From Candidatus Latescibacterota bacterium (lineage in GTDB: Bacteria; Latescibacterota; UBA2968), in assembly GCA_965116885.1 (NCBI GenBank), contig OZ220741.1:3168001-3232000 (forward strand): a stretch of 64,000 nt of DNA, written 5' to 3'. Under the pieces are notes generated by a model that was not told the DNA's origin, made no database searches, and saw nothing but the letters and a program-made list of their open reading frames with translations. Made by a program: the position numbers and the translations under genes. Each line of letters begins with the position of its first letter. The first letter of the stretch is position 1. Of this stretch, positions 45,992 through 56,477 are shown piece after piece.

Positions 45992-47380
45992 ATGTCGAAT
46001 ACCGATATTGCGTTAATGGCCCACCTGATGCGTCGCGCCGGGTTTGGGGCCACGAGAACAGAACTGGAGGACTATGTCGAAAAGGGCTACGAAAACGTCG
46101 TGGAGGACCTGATCGAGCCGGAGCGCTGCGATCCGGTTGATGAGGATATTTTGCACCGTTATTTTGGCAGCTTTGAGGCGGGTTACGTCGAGAAATGGAT
46201 GTATCGAATGATCCGTAGCAAGCGCCCGCTCGAAGAAAAAATGGCTCTTTTCTGGCATCACGTATTCGCCACCGGGGTGGGGAAAAATCAGCACCTTCTC
46301 GCCTCTGCTCGCCAGATCGATACTTTTCGTCGTGTGGGTCTTTCAAATATGCGAGAAATTTTGATCGAACTGTCCAAAGATCCGGCCATGATCTTCTGGC
46401 TGGACAATAACGAAAATCGCAAGGGTGAGCCTAATGAGAATTACGGCAGGGAGCTGTTGGAACTCTTCTCAATGGGCGTTGGCAATTACACAGAAGACGA
46501 TATTAAGAATTGTGCCCGCGCCTTTACGGGATGGACATTCGCACAGCCGCCGCCCCTGTATCCGCAAGGCTTTTACGATGCGAAATTCGTTTTCATTGAG
46601 GAAGACCACGATGATGAGGAAAAGACGTTCTTGGGGCATACGGGCAATTTCAATGGCGACGATATCATCGACATTATAGTCGAACAGCCTGCCTGCGCCA
46701 AATTCATATCCAGGCATCTCTATAACTTTTTTGTCACGGACGAGCCGCAGGTTCCATCCTGGCATGTGACTCCGCCGCAGGATCCCGAAGCGATTGAAAT
46801 TCTGTCAAATGCTTTTATGGAGTCGAAAGGCAATATGCGCCACATCCTGAGAACGCTCTTTAACTCTGACTTCTTCAAAGACGCGCGAGGGAAAAAGGTG
46901 AAAAGTCCTACCGAACTCGTTACGGGCATTCTAAAACTGATCGGCACCTATCAGCGTCCCGATCCGGGTATGGGAAGATATTCGGGTGCTACCACGTTAA
47001 TGGGGCAGAAATTGCTGGATCCTCCGACTGTGGAAGGCTGGCACACCGGCAGGGAATGGATTGATGGCGGCACGCTGACCGAGCGCGTGAATTTCGCCGT
47101 TCGCGAGGTAAGCGATGCGTCCAGGCCGGGCATACGTGGAATCATCGATCGGCTCAAAGCCGAGGGGCGGGCACTCGCTCCTGATGAGTTCGTGGAAAAA
47201 TGTCTGGATCTCGCAGGTCCTATGACCGTGAGTGATACGACCCGCGAATCTTTGAGCAAATTTGCGGAAGCAGGTGGCGATCTCGATCTATCTGCGGACA
47301 ACGGATCTGGGGAGAGCACAGATCGCGTGATACAGATGCTGCAACTCATTGTCGCTTCGAGAGAATATCAATTTGCGTAG
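45992..47380 (+). CDS. DUF1800 family protein
   Basis: HLMRRAGFG, EKMALFWH, DPAMIFWLD, PNENYGRELLELFSMG, ARAFTGW, KSP, PPTVEGW, EYQ. Confidence 0.9.
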   Translation: MSNTDIALMAHLMRRAGFGATRTELEDYVEKGYENVVEDLIEPERCDPVDEDILHRYFGSFEAGYVEKWMYRMIRSKRPLEEKMALFWHHVFATGVGKNQHLLASARQIDTFRRVGLSNMREILIELSKDPAMIFWLDNNENRKGEPNENYGRELLELFSMGVGNYTEDDIKNCARAFTGWTFAQPPPLYPQGFYDAKFVFIEEDHDDEEKTFLGHTGNFNGDDIIDIIVEQPACAKFISRHLYNFFVTDEPQVPSWHVTPPQDPEAIEILSNAFMESKGNMRHILRTLFNSDFFKDARGKKVKSPTELVTGILKLIGTYQRPDPGMGRYSGATTLMGQKLLDPPTVEGWHTGREWIDGGTLTERVNFAVREVSDASRPGIRGIIDRLKAEGRALAPDEFVEKCLDLAGPMTVSDTTRESLSKFAEAGGDLDLSADNGSGESTDRVIQMLQLIVASREYQFA

Positions 47381-47401
47381 CGTTCTGAAAGGAGGAATAA
47401 A

Positions 47402-48538
47402 ATGGCTTATAGAGATCGGATCCTCGTCATTGTTGAGTTGAAGGGCGGCAATGACTTCATGAATACGATTATCCCTTATACCAACGGCATATACCACGAT
47501 TGCCGGCCCATTGTGGGGCTTCGGCAGGATGAGGTTTTGCCGATGAACGACACGCTGGCCTGGCATCCCAATACGGTGCCTCTGAAGGAGATGTTTGAGC
47601 AGGGTGATGTGGCGATTGTGCAGGGTATCGGGTATCCCGATTCGAGCCGGTCGCATTTCAGGGCTATGGATGTCTGGCATACCTGTGAACCCATAGATAT
47701 CGGCACTGAAGGCTGGCTGGGCAGAGTGGTTCGGGATCTGGATCCGAAGGGGGAGAATGTCTTGACGGGCATTAACTTTGGAAAAGGACTTTCCAGAGCG
47801 CTGGCTGTTTCTGGCGTTCCCGTGACATCTGTTGACGATCTCGACAATTACGGATTGATGACCAGCATCAAAGAAGACCCAAAGCGAATGCAGGCTATTG
47901 AGATATTCAAGACTATGTACGAACCCGCGATTGGTACAGGTGTGGTGATGGATTATCTTTCGCAGACGGGCCTGGATGTCATCAGAGGTTCCGATGAGCT
48001 GAAGAAGGCTCCGGCGATGTATCAGTCCGATATGGAGTACGGAAGCAATTCGATTGCGAAGGCACTGAGAGATGTCGCGCGCGTTCACCTTGCCGGTCTC
48101 GGCACAAGGATCTTTTACACGCAGCACGGGGGCTATGACCACCATGCAAATGAAATGCCGTCACATCCCAAGTTGCTGACGGAGTTGTCGGAAGCAATCC
48201 GCGATTTTTTCCAGGATTTGCGAAACCACAATGCCTCACAAGAGATTGTCATGCTCGTTTTTTCTGAGTTTGGGCGGCGTATGAGGGATAATGCCAGTGG
48301 CACTGACCACGGTACAGGTGGCGGTGCATTTATCATCGGTGATGGTGTGAATGGCGGGTTATACGCAGAATATCCCTCTCTTGACCCATCTCGATGGGCC
48401 AATGGCGAAGACCTTGAGCATACAATTGACTTCCGCGGCATATACGCAACGCTCCTGGAGCAATGGATGGGAATGGATGCCACTCCGATTGTGGATGGGA
48501 CATTTGAACAGATCCAGCCTTTCAAAGAGGCCGTGTGA
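47402..48538 (+). CDS. DUF1501 family protein
   Basis: LVIVELKGGND, GYPDSSRSHF, GWLGR, GGYDHH, SEFGRR, GTDHG, DFRGIYA; no Tat peptide. Confidence 0.9.
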   Translation: MAYRDRILVIVELKGGNDFMNTIIPYTNGIYHDCRPIVGLRQDEVLPMNDTLAWHPNTVPLKEMFEQGDVAIVQGIGYPDSSRSHFRAMDVWHTCEPIDIGTEGWLGRVVRDLDPKGENVLTGINFGKGLSRALAVSGVPVTSVDDLDNYGLMTSIKEDPKRMQAIEIFKTMYEPAIGTGVVMDYLSQTGLDVIRGSDELKKAPAMYQSDMEYGSNSIAKALRDVARVHLAGLGTRIFYTQHGGYDHHANEMPSHPKLLTELSEAIRDFFQDLRNHNASQEIVMLVFSEFGRRMRDNASGTDHGTGGGAFIIGDGVNGGLYAEYPSLDPSRWANGEDLEHTIDFRGIYATLLEQWMGMDATPIVDGTFEQIQPFKEAV

Positions 48539-48558
48539 TAATGAAAGGGAGGTGAATC

Positions 48559-49554
48559 ATGGGCAGACCTTATGGCCTGTTGCGGGCAGGGTTTCCATTT
48601 TACAAGACTTTGGGTATGAGGCGGCTGACGAATTTTCCGATCGATATTGCTCTGGGCGAGGAAGGCTGTCTCTACATATTGTGTCGGAACAGAGATGCAT
48701 CGACGATCAGGAAGTACCATATCGATGACAAAGACCTGGGTACCGTTGGCCGTGGGCTTACGTGGGCGGTTTCAATTATTGCCGATAGCGAGGAGAATCT
48801 CTATGTCTCCGACGAGGCCGTGCATTGTATTTTGTCTTTCGACAAAGATGGCAAAGAGTTGGGGAAATGGGGTGAGTACGGCGATGGCGATGGACAACTG
48901 AACGGTCCGGCGGGTATCGCCTTCGATGCAGAAGAGAATATCTATGTTGCTGACAGCCTGAACCACAGAGTCCAGAAGTTTACCAAAGATGGTGAATTTA
49001 TCTCAAAGTGGGGGAAGTTTGGCGATGGGGAGGGCGAGTTTAACATGCCCTGGGGGCTTACAGTGGATGAACTGGGCGATGTTTATGTCGCAGATTGGCG
49101 GAATGACAGAATTCAGAAGTTCACTGGTGATGGAGAGTTTATCTTCGCGTTCGGGAAGTCGGGTAGCGGAAATGGGGATCTAAATAGGCCGACCGGTGTG
49201 GCCGTAGATGAGCATGGCGATATTTATGTTTCGGACTCGGGAAATGACCGGGTACAATTGTTCAATTCCGAGTCGAGGTACGTGCAGAAATTCCTGGGGG
49301 ATGCAACCCTGTCAACGGTCGCAATTGAATATATGATGACAAATGCCGGTCCAAATCGCCTGAGGGATATGGCAGACCTCGAGCCGCAAAAGTACTTTCG
49401 ACGTCCGGGAGGGGTGGCTGTCAATGGAGATGGACTGATGTTTGTAGCGGACAATGGCTCCTATCGGGTGCAGGTCTATCAGAAGCAGGCTGTCCCGCTT
49501 ACGGAAGAGCAATTTTCCGCGCCGAGACGTTCGCCTACACTTCACCAGGAATAG
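48559..49554 (+). CDS. NHL-repeat (beta-propeller) protein
   Basis: Repeated GxGDGQLNGPxGIAxD..IYVADxxNxRVQKF units. Confidence 0.9.
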   Translation: MGRPYGLLRAGFPFYKTLGMRRLTNFPIDIALGEEGCLYILCRNRDASTIRKYHIDDKDLGTVGRGLTWAVSIIADSEENLYVSDEAVHCILSFDKDGKELGKWGEYGDGDGQLNGPAGIAFDAEENIYVADSLNHRVQKFTKDGEFISKWGKFGDGEGEFNMPWGLTVDELGDVYVADWRNDRIQKFTGDGEFIFAFGKSGSGNGDLNRPTGVAVDEHGDIYVSDSGNDRVQLFNSESRYVQKFLGDATLSTVAIEYMMTNAGPNRLRDMADLEPQKYFRRPGGVAVNGDGLMFVADNGSYRVQVYQKQAVPLTEEQFSAPRRSPTLHQE

Positions 49555-49576
49555 GTTGAACGCGTCGAATACAGAG

Positions 49577-49606
49577 GCCCTCATTTTTCGCTGGGGGCTA
49601 TTTTTT
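49577..49606 (+). terminator. Probable terminator of the DUF1800 operon
   Basis: GCCCTCA...TGGGGGC followed by TATTTTTT. Confidence 0.45.
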
Positions 49607-49632
49607 ATGACTTCTTACCCTGTGTGCAAACA

Positions 49633-51600
49633 ATGAGCAATCCTTTACAAGCACACCTGTTATCTTCGAGAGAGCGAGAGCCATCGGTGCGCCCGGGCGC
49701 TATTGGCCTGGGGGTAGTGCTCACATTTTGCATCAACGGTTTCGACCCTATTTCCCGCTACTTGATCCACTCTTCCTCGTTCACACACAGCCAAATGCCC
49801 TTTGCCTTGCTGGTGGGGATTCTGCTCCTGGGCTATCTCTACAATCCCCTCGTTCGAAGGCGATTTCCCCACCTCGCTTTGACGCGGCGGGATATGGCTG
49901 CCGTGCTCGCTATTGGGTTTCTCGGCACAACAGTGCCCACCCTCGCCCAGCGATTTGTAGCCGTGATCTCGGCTCCGGATTACTACGCTTCTCCGGAAAA
50001 TGAATGGCCCACCTACACGCTGCCCAACCTGCAGCGCTGGTTGTTCCCCAGCAATGCCGGAGATGGCGTTGGAATGTTCTATCGCGGGCTGGTTCCCGGT
50101 GTGCCTTTGCCCTGGGAGATATGGGTTGGTCCGATCTTCTGGTGGTTCAGTCTGCTCATTGCGATCATGCTGGCCTGTTTTTGTCTCTCAGTCATTTTGA
50201 GAAAACAGTGGTCGGAAAGCGAGCGTCTGGCATTTCCCTTTGTCGAGCTTTCGCTGATGCTGGTAGAGAATCCCGGTCCCAGACGAAACCTGCCTCAATT
50301 TTTCGGCCTGCCCCTTTTCTGGATCGGGTTTGCGATTCCGGCAATTATGCTTTTTTGGAATACAGCAGGCCACTTCTTTCCGGGCCTTCCCACATTCGCG
50401 TTTCTCAATATTAGAACACTGCTCCCCATCGGACGGGGATTTATGCCTTTCTTTCTCCAGTTCGATTTCTACGTCATTTGTTTCGCGTATTTCACCACCC
50501 TGGAAATTCTCTTGTCGATGTGGCTTTTCCACATTTTGGGCATGTTGCAGGCAGGCATTTCCAACCGTATCGGGTTTGGTCCAAGAGGCTATGGTTCGGG
50601 GGTGATCTCTCAGAACAATTACGGCCTGATGGTTTTTGTGCTGTGGAGCCTCTGGATCGCACGCGGTCACATCCGCGATGTCTGGCGCAAAGCAATTGGA
50701 AAAGGCCGCGAGGTAGATGATTCGAGTGAACTGCTCTCCTATCGCACAGCAACCTTCGGTTTCGTCCTTGCCAGCCTTTTCATCTTTTTTTGGCTCTGCA
50801 AAACCCGGATGAATCCGGGGGTGGCCGTGGCATTTATGTTTTTTAGCCTGATTCTCTATTTGGGGATGGCCAAGATCGTGGCGCTCAGCGGATTGGTGTC
50901 TTTACGGGGTTCGGGACCTACCGGACCCGTTAAGGGATTGATCGGTATCTGGAATATGGATGATACGACGATTGCGGCTCTGAACCAGATGGGCACGCTT
51001 TACGGCAATGCAAAGGGATTTGCGATGCCAGGTGCGGTGAATGCCGCCAGGGCTGGCGACCACACCGATCCTCAAAGACGCCGATTGGGAGGGGCAATTC
51101 TCATTGGCGGAATTCTATCAATTTTCGCCTTTGTGATTACTACCCTTATTCTGGGTTATTACGGGCCGGGAGCTGAGAATTTTGGAGATTACAGTTATAC
51201 GCGAGGCAGCCGGGCCTTTTTTAATTATACTGTTTCGGATATCAAAGGGCGTCCAGATGCTGAAAGGCAGTGGTGGGACCTGGGCTTCGGAACCTTCGGA
51301 GCAGCGATGACTCTGCTGCTGATTTTTCTGAACCAGCGGTTTTCCTGGTGGCCTCTGCACCCGGTGGGATTCACCGTTTCCCTCCAGTATCCCACCCGCG
51401 CGTCCTTTTTTTCGGTATTTATCGCCTGGCTGATGAAAATAATTGTTCTCAAAGTCGGCGGTATTGAGCTTTTTAACCGCTCTCGTGTTTTTATTTTTGG
51501 CGTCCTCATGGGCTATACGCTGGGTGTTCTGGTTTCTTTTGTTCTGGATATTTTCTTTTTTTTGGGGCAAGGCCACCGCATGCACACACCGCCGCTGTAA
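49633..51600 (+). CDS. Large polytopic membrane protein, DUF6785/DUF6784-type putative transporter
   Basis: Roughly 16-18 hydrophobic segments; YYASPENEW, LRKQWSESERLAFP, WWPLHPVG, W..K..VLK.GG. Confidence 0.65.
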   Translation: MSNPLQAHLLSSREREPSVRPGAIGLGVVLTFCINGFDPISRYLIHSSSFTHSQMPFALLVGILLLGYLYNPLVRRRFPHLALTRRDMAAVLAIGFLGTTVPTLAQRFVAVISAPDYYASPENEWPTYTLPNLQRWLFPSNAGDGVGMFYRGLVPGVPLPWEIWVGPIFWWFSLLIAIMLACFCLSVILRKQWSESERLAFPFVELSLMLVENPGPRRNLPQFFGLPLFWIGFAIPAIMLFWNTAGHFFPGLPTFAFLNIRTLLPIGRGFMPFFLQFDFYVICFAYFTTLEILLSMWLFHILGMLQAGISNRIGFGPRGYGSGVISQNNYGLMVFVLWSLWIARGHIRDVWRKAIGKGREVDDSSELLSYRTATFGFVLASLFIFFWLCKTRMNPGVAVAFMFFSLILYLGMAKIVALSGLVSLRGSGPTGPVKGLIGIWNMDDTTIAALNQMGTLYGNAKGFAMPGAVNAARAGDHTDPQRRRLGGAILIGGILSIFAFVITTLILGYYGPGAENFGDYSYTRGSRAFFNYTVSDIKGRPDAERQWWDLGFGTFGAAMTLLLIFLNQRFSWWPLHPVGFTVSLQYPTRASFFSVFIAWLMKIIVLKVGGIELFNRSRVFIFGVLMGYTLGVLVSFVLDIFFFLGQGHRMHTPPL

Positions 51601-51613
51601 TAAGTAGAGCCAT

Positions 51614-51656
51614 AAAAAAAGCGGAGAAATCCAGTAGATTTCTCCGCTCTCTTTTT
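51614..51656. terminator. Bidirectional terminator ending the ACIII/oxidase operon
   Basis: AAAAAAAGCGGAGAAATC-CAGTA-GATTTCTCCGCT followed by a T-rich tail. Confidence 0.85.
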
Positions 51657-51669
51657 ATCTGTGATATTG

Positions 51670-51987
51670 TTACTGCAAATAGTGGCTCGCCGGCATGCCC
51701 AACCAGCCGCGACTGACGTAATCTGCCATTGCAAAGGCAAATAGGATCAGCAAGAACAGGATGCCTGCACCTGCGAGCAACCAGGTCAATCGGCTGGCGT
51801 ATTTGACGTGCATAAAAAACAGAATCACAATCGTGGCTTTTGTGCAGGCGATACCCAGTGCTACCACGTCATTAAACATGCCCAATTCTTGATAAGCCAC
51901 CCAAACCGTTAGCGCGGTTAAAAACATCAAGGAGGCAAATACCGCCAGATAAATGCGTACAGTCGGGCCGTGGTGATCATCAGCCAT
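51670..51987 (-). CDS. ctaF: Cytochrome c oxidase subunit IV
   Basis: LTALTV, IACTKATIVILFFMHVKY. Confidence 0.85.
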   Translation of the reverse strand: MADDHHGPTVRIYLAVFASLMFLTALTVWVAYQELGMFNDVVALGIACTKATIVILFFMHVKYASRLTWLLAGAGILFLLILFAFAMADYVSRGWLGMPASHYLQ

Positions 51988-52658
51988 CAGTGTCCTCCCT
52001 GTAAGCCGAGAAGATAGAGCAGTGGAAATAGGAAGATCCAGACAATATCGACAAAGTGCCAATACAGACCAAATATTTCAATAGGGGCGTTGTATTCAGC
52101 CGTGTACGTCCCCTGTGCAGTTTTAACAAATACCCAGATCAACAGGCCAATACCAATAATCATATGCAGGGCATGCATTCCGGTCATTCCGAAATACAGA
52201 GAATAGAAGAGAGCCAGTTGGGGCGAGTTTTCACCGTGCGGATGCCAGGCCAGGCCGGGGACCAAACCGTACTCGATTTTTGCGGAGTATTCAAAATATT
52301 TGACCACCAAAAAGGTAAGCCCTAAGATTCCGGTCAGAGTCAGATAGACCAGTATCCCTCTTTTATTGCCTTCATGCGACTTGTGTACAGCCATCGCCAT
52401 TGTCAGGCTGCTGACAATCAATACTATGGTATTAAATGCTCCCAGAGGAATATCCAGGTGACTACTGCCTTCAAAAAATGCCTCGGGATAATAGGAACGG
52501 TAGATCAGATACGTCGCAAAAAAGCCGCCGAAAAACAAAATTTCTGTGATCAGAAAGCTCCACATGCCAATGACAGCGGATTCTTTCTGTTGCGGCATAT
52601 CCTCGAACTGGTGAGCCAGTCCGTGCGGGTGATCGTGATGTAGTGCGTGATCGGCCAT
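51987..52658 (-). CDS. ctaE: Cytochrome c oxidase subunit III
   Basis: GMWSFLITEILFF, NTIVLIVSS, TGMHALH, GLYWHFVD. Confidence 0.92.
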   Translation of the reverse strand: MADHALHHDHPHGLAHQFEDMPQQKESAVIGMWSFLITEILFFGGFFATYLIYRSYYPEAFFEGSSHLDIPLGAFNTIVLIVSSLTMAMAVHKSHEGNKRGILVYLTLTGILGLTFLVVKYFEYSAKIEYGLVPGLAWHPHGENSPQLALFYSLYFGMTGMHALHMIIGIGLLIWVFVKTAQGTYTAEYNAPIEIFGLYWHFVDIVWIFLFPLLYLLGLQGGH

Positions 52659-54289
52659 TAGTGCTCCTCAATTGGTCCGTACTCATAGGCTTCTTCTGTC
52701 ACGAGAGGCGTTTCTTCAAAATTAAATGTGGGCGGTGGGGAAGTCGTTTCCCACTCCAGGCCTTTGGCGCCCCAGGGGTTATCAGGTGCTTTTGGTCCCT
52801 TAAAAATTGACCATGTCAAATACGCGCCGGGAACCAGATACCCCAGAGCCAGAATTGACGCGCCCAGAGACGATGCCACATTCAAGACCTGAAATTCGTC
52901 GGGATAGACGTGATAACGCCTCGGCATGCCCATATACCCCAGAATGAACTGTGGGAAAAACGTCAGATTAAAACCGAGAAATACCAGCAGGGCCGAAACG
53001 CGGCCCCAAATATCGGGAAACATTTTACCCGTAATTTTCGGCCACCAGAAGTGCATGCCCCCCAGATATCCCATCACCTGGCCGCCAACCATAATATAAT
53101 GGAAGTGCGCGACCACAAAATACGTGTCGTGCAGGTGAATGTCCAGGCCCATACTCGACAAAAACAGTCCGGTTAAACCACCAACCAAAAACAAACCGAG
53201 ATACCCATATACGTAAAACATTGAGGTATCATATACAATTGACCCTTTGTATAAGGTCGCTGTCCAGTTGAATGTTTTGATCGCAGAGGGCACTGCTACG
53301 AGAAATGTGATGATGGAGAACACCATGCCGGCATACGTCGATTGGCTGCTCACAAACATGTGGTGTCCCCATACCAGGAAGCCCAAAATTGCAATGGCTA
53401 CACTTGAGAACGCGACAAATTCATATCCAAAGACGCGCTTGCGCGCAACAGCAGCCACCATTTCGCTCATCACGCCCATTGAAGGCAAGATCATGATATA
53501 AACGGCTGGATGCGAATAGAACCAGAACAAATGCTGGAACAAAACGGGATCGCCACCGAGGTTCGGATCGAAAAACCCAAATCCAAATCCGCGTTCGAGC
53601 ATGAGCAGCACCAGCGTAATTGCGATAACGGGTGTGCCCAATAACATAATCAAACTGGTGGCATAATGCGACCAGACAAACAGCGGCAGGCGGAACCAGG
53701 TCATCCCTGGCGCGCGCATGGTGTGGATCGTCACCACAAAGTTGAGTCCCGTCAGAATGGACGAGAAACCCGCCATAAAAGCGGCCATAGCGGCCAGAAT
53801 CACATTTGAGTTTGAATAAGTGCTACTATACGGCGTATAAAAAGTCCAACCCGTATCAACGCCGCCACCGACTACGGCAATTGTTCCCAAAATCCCCGCA
53901 ACGACATAAACATACCAACTCAAGAGATTGATGCGCGGAAAAGCCAGATCTTTTGCGCCGACCATTATGGGGACTAAAAAGTTGCCAATGGTTGCGGGAA
54001 TGGACGGCACCAGAAAGAAAAAGACCATGATGATGCCGTGCATTGAGAAAACTTTGTTATAAGTATCCGAAGACATCAAATCGCCTTCGGGGGTCATCAG
54101 TTCAAAGCGAACCAGACTGGCAAATAACCCGCCCAGAGCGAAAAAGATAGAAATTGAAATAATGTACAAAACGGCAATGCGCTTGTGGTCCCTGGTTAAC
54201 AGCCAGGACTTCAAGCCATAACCGTTATTCAGATAATTGACGCTCGGCGCATCTTCAGACGCTTGAACATCTTGCTCGGTGATTGCCAT
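52658..54289 (-). CDS. ctaD: Cytochrome c oxidase subunit I (A2 type)
   Basis: [44 protein letters not shown]. Confidence 0.95.
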   Translation of the reverse strand: MAITEQDVQASEDAPSVNYLNNGYGLKSWLLTRDHKRIAVLYIISISIFFALGGLFASLVRFELMTPEGDLMSSDTYNKVFSMHGIIMVFFFLVPSIPATIGNFLVPIMVGAKDLAFPRINLLSWYVYVVAGILGTIAVVGGGVDTGWTFYTPYSSTYSNSNVILAAMAAFMAGFSSILTGLNFVVTIHTMRAPGMTWFRLPLFVWSHYATSLIMLLGTPVIAITLVLLMLERGFGFGFFDPNLGGDPVLFQHLFWFYSHPAVYIMILPSMGVMSEMVAAVARKRVFGYEFVAFSSVAIAILGFLVWGHHMFVSSQSTYAGMVFSIITFLVAVPSAIKTFNWTATLYKGSIVYDTSMFYVYGYLGLFLVGGLTGLFLSSMGLDIHLHDTYFVVAHFHYIMVGGQVMGYLGGMHFWWPKITGKMFPDIWGRVSALLVFLGFNLTFFPQFILGYMGMPRRYHVYPDEFQVLNVASSLGASILALGYLVPGAYLTWSIFKGPKAPDNPWGAKGLEWETTSPPPTFNFEETPLVTEEAYEYGPIEEH

Positions 54290-54295
54290 GACGCA

Positions 54296-55246
54296 TCACT
54301 CCATACTCGTGAGTTCGGGGGCTTTCAGCGATTTGATATAGGCGATTAACTGAATGATTCCTTCTTCGCTGATCTGACCTTTGAAAGTTGGCATAATGGG
54401 TTTGTATCCGGCCATGATCTTGGCGGAAGGGTTCAGAATCGATTCCCGAATATAGGCTTCGTCAACCAATGCAGTACCGCCGCCTTCCAGAGCCACTGTT
54501 TTTCCAAAGAGACCCGCCAGAGATGGACCGCGTCCTGTCCCGTCCGTCTTGTGGCAGGTATGACAGGCGTATTGTTCAAATAATCTTTCTCCGGCCACTT
54601 CCATTGGCTCATTCGCAGTCCCACCAGTCAACCAGGCCTCGTAATCTTGAGGCTCCAGAACGTGTACTGTACCAATCATACGCGAATGCTCGGTGCCGCA
54701 AAATTCGGCGCAAAACAGATGATACGAACCGACCTGCGTCGCTTTAAACCACAAATTGGTATATCGCCCGGGCACCACATCCTTTTTGACGCGGAATGCG
54801 GGAATATAAAAGCTGTGCAACACATCTTCTGATGTCATGGTCAAGCGCACCGATTCACCCAGTGGCACGTGTAATTCGTTAATCTCTTTTTTCCCTTCAG
54901 GATGTTGCAATTTCCACATCCACTGTTTGCCCACCACATACATTTCCATGGCGTTTGGCGGGGGTGTAATTAGATGGAAGTATAAGACGGTTGCCCACAC
55001 AAATACCCCCAGTGCGAGCACCGCTGGAATGGCAGTCCAAAATATCTCGAGGCCGAGATGCCCCGCAATCTGTCGCGGCACTTCGTCGTCCGATTTGCGC
55101 TGATACTTAATCGCAAAAATAACCACCAGGATGACAACTAAGAGCGCGAAAAACACGCACAGTGCCAAAATACCAAAGTAAAGCGCGTCAACCTGAAAGG
55201 CAAAACTCGAAGCTTGATCTGGAAAAAGAGGAAAATCAGTCTGCAT
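54296..55246 (-). CDS. ctaC: Cytochrome c oxidase subunit II with fused cytochrome c (caa3)
   Basis: DVLHS, CuA motif CAEFCGTEHSRM, C-terminal CHTCH; start may instead be TTG 55258. Confidence 0.93.
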   Translation of the reverse strand: MQTDFPLFPDQASSFAFQVDALYFGILALCVFFALLVVILVVIFAIKYQRKSDDEVPRQIAGHLGLEIFWTAIPAVLALGVFVWATVLYFHLITPPPNAMEMYVVGKQWMWKLQHPEGKKEINELHVPLGESVRLTMTSEDVLHSFYIPAFRVKKDVVPGRYTNLWFKATQVGSYHLFCAEFCGTEHSRMIGTVHVLEPQDYEAWLTGGTANEPMEVAGERLFEQYACHTCHKTDGTGRGPSLAGLFGKTVALEGGGTALVDEAYIRESILNPSAKIMAGYKPIMPTFKGQISEEGIIQLIAYIKSLKAPELTSME

Positions 55247-55291
55247 GTGCCAACTCAAAAGTTAGAGGTCCAATGGACTTGTTTTGAAGCG

Positions 55292-56095
55292 TTAATTTGC
55301 CTGCAATGGCGACCGCTCCCGGCGCACCATAATAAAAATAAATGTCAGGATACAAATTACAGTAATCACACCAGCAACGCGAACCAACCGATAAATTGCC
55401 AGCGTATATTTGCCTGTCAATGGATTGTACTGAAAACAATAAAGCAGAATCGCATCAATGGGAGAGCTGATCTGATCTTGCGAGGCTTCCAAAAGCCCCA
55501 GTTGCAAATCCCGCGGCGCAAATTCGACCCCAAACAGATACCGAGCGATCTTCCCCTTGGGTGTCAAAATTGCAATCCCGCTGGCGTGAACGTATTCGTC
55601 TGTTTCGGGATCGTATATATAGCGATATCCAAGAGCCTGGGTTAATGCGTTGATCGATGCCTGGTCTCCCGTGAGAAAATGCCATCCATTTTCTCCGCCT
55701 TCTCGACCGTATCCATCGACGTAATTCACCTTTTTTGCCGCTGCTAATTCTGGATATTCATCGGGATCAATGCTAAATGTCACCACCACAAAATCTCGTC
55801 CGGCATTGAGAGAAACGGGCCGCAACCCCGACAACAAACCATTCAAAATTTGTGTACACAACATGGGGCATTCATAATATGCGGGCACCAAAATAACGGG
55901 GAGATCATCCAAATATCGCGTCAGCATAACATCTGCACCCGATTCATTGCGGAACTTCAAATTTGCTGGCACAGATGCGCCCAATTTCTGTTCAATTCCA
56001 ACGGAATCCAGTACTGTGGGATTTGGGGTAAGGTCCTGCGCCTGCACATTACTGTTCAGATATATCAGCACCATACAGGCAAATAAAACGCGCAT
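55292..56095 (-). CDS. SCO family copper chaperone
   Basis: YYECPMLC, SIDP, WHFLTG, YVHAS. Confidence 0.88.
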   Translation of the reverse strand: MRVLFACMVLIYLNSNVQAQDLTPNPTVLDSVGIEQKLGASVPANLKFRNESGADVMLTRYLDDLPVILVPAYYECPMLCTQILNGLLSGLRPVSLNAGRDFVVVTFSIDPDEYPELAAAKKVNYVDGYGREGGENGWHFLTGDQASINALTQALGYRYIYDPETDEYVHASGIAILTPKGKIARYLFGVEFAPRDLQLGLLEASQDQISSPIDAILLYCFQYNPLTGKYTLAIYRLVRVAGVITVICILTFIFIMVRRERSPLQAN

Positions 56096-56098
56096 GTT

Positions 56099-56476
56099 TT
56101 ACTCTCGCACCGGGAGCCCGCGTTCGAGCACCAGGTCTATTGCCCGCTCAATTGGAAGATGCACAACCCCGGCATCCCTATCAATCCAACCGTATTCGGT
56201 AAGTGTGCGATTGGTTTCGGCACGCACCTGCGTCAGTTCAGCAGAAGGTACAGTTTGGATCAGCGGTCCCTGATAGGGTTTTTGATGTGCAGCCATGGGC
56301 GGCGGATCCTCTGTCATATAAATCACAGCTTGTTCCAGACCGAGAAACATGGCCCACATAGCAATGAAAGATAGAATGGCTATAGCTATAATTCCAGCAG
56401 TGGCAGCGAGAATAGGGCCAATGTTGAGATGATAGTCTTCGTAGCCCTTTTCGCGGGCATTGTGCTTTTCTGCCAT
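56099..56476 (-). CDS. ActG-like small membrane subunit
   Basis: One TM helix; YGWIDRDAGVVHLPIERAID; located after actF. Confidence 0.65.
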   Translation of the reverse strand: MAEKHNAREKGYEDYHLNIGPILAATAGIIAIAILSFIAMWAMFLGLEQAVIYMTEDPPPMAAHQKPYQGPLIQTVPSAELTQVRAETNRTLTEYGWIDRDAGVVHLPIERAIDLVLERGLPVRE

Positions 56477-56477
56477 A

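Noticed and set aside
48860..49260. Periodic DNA similarity suggesting a repeat array
   Set aside because: Explained by NHL protein repeats; no CRISPR-like repeat-spacer structure.
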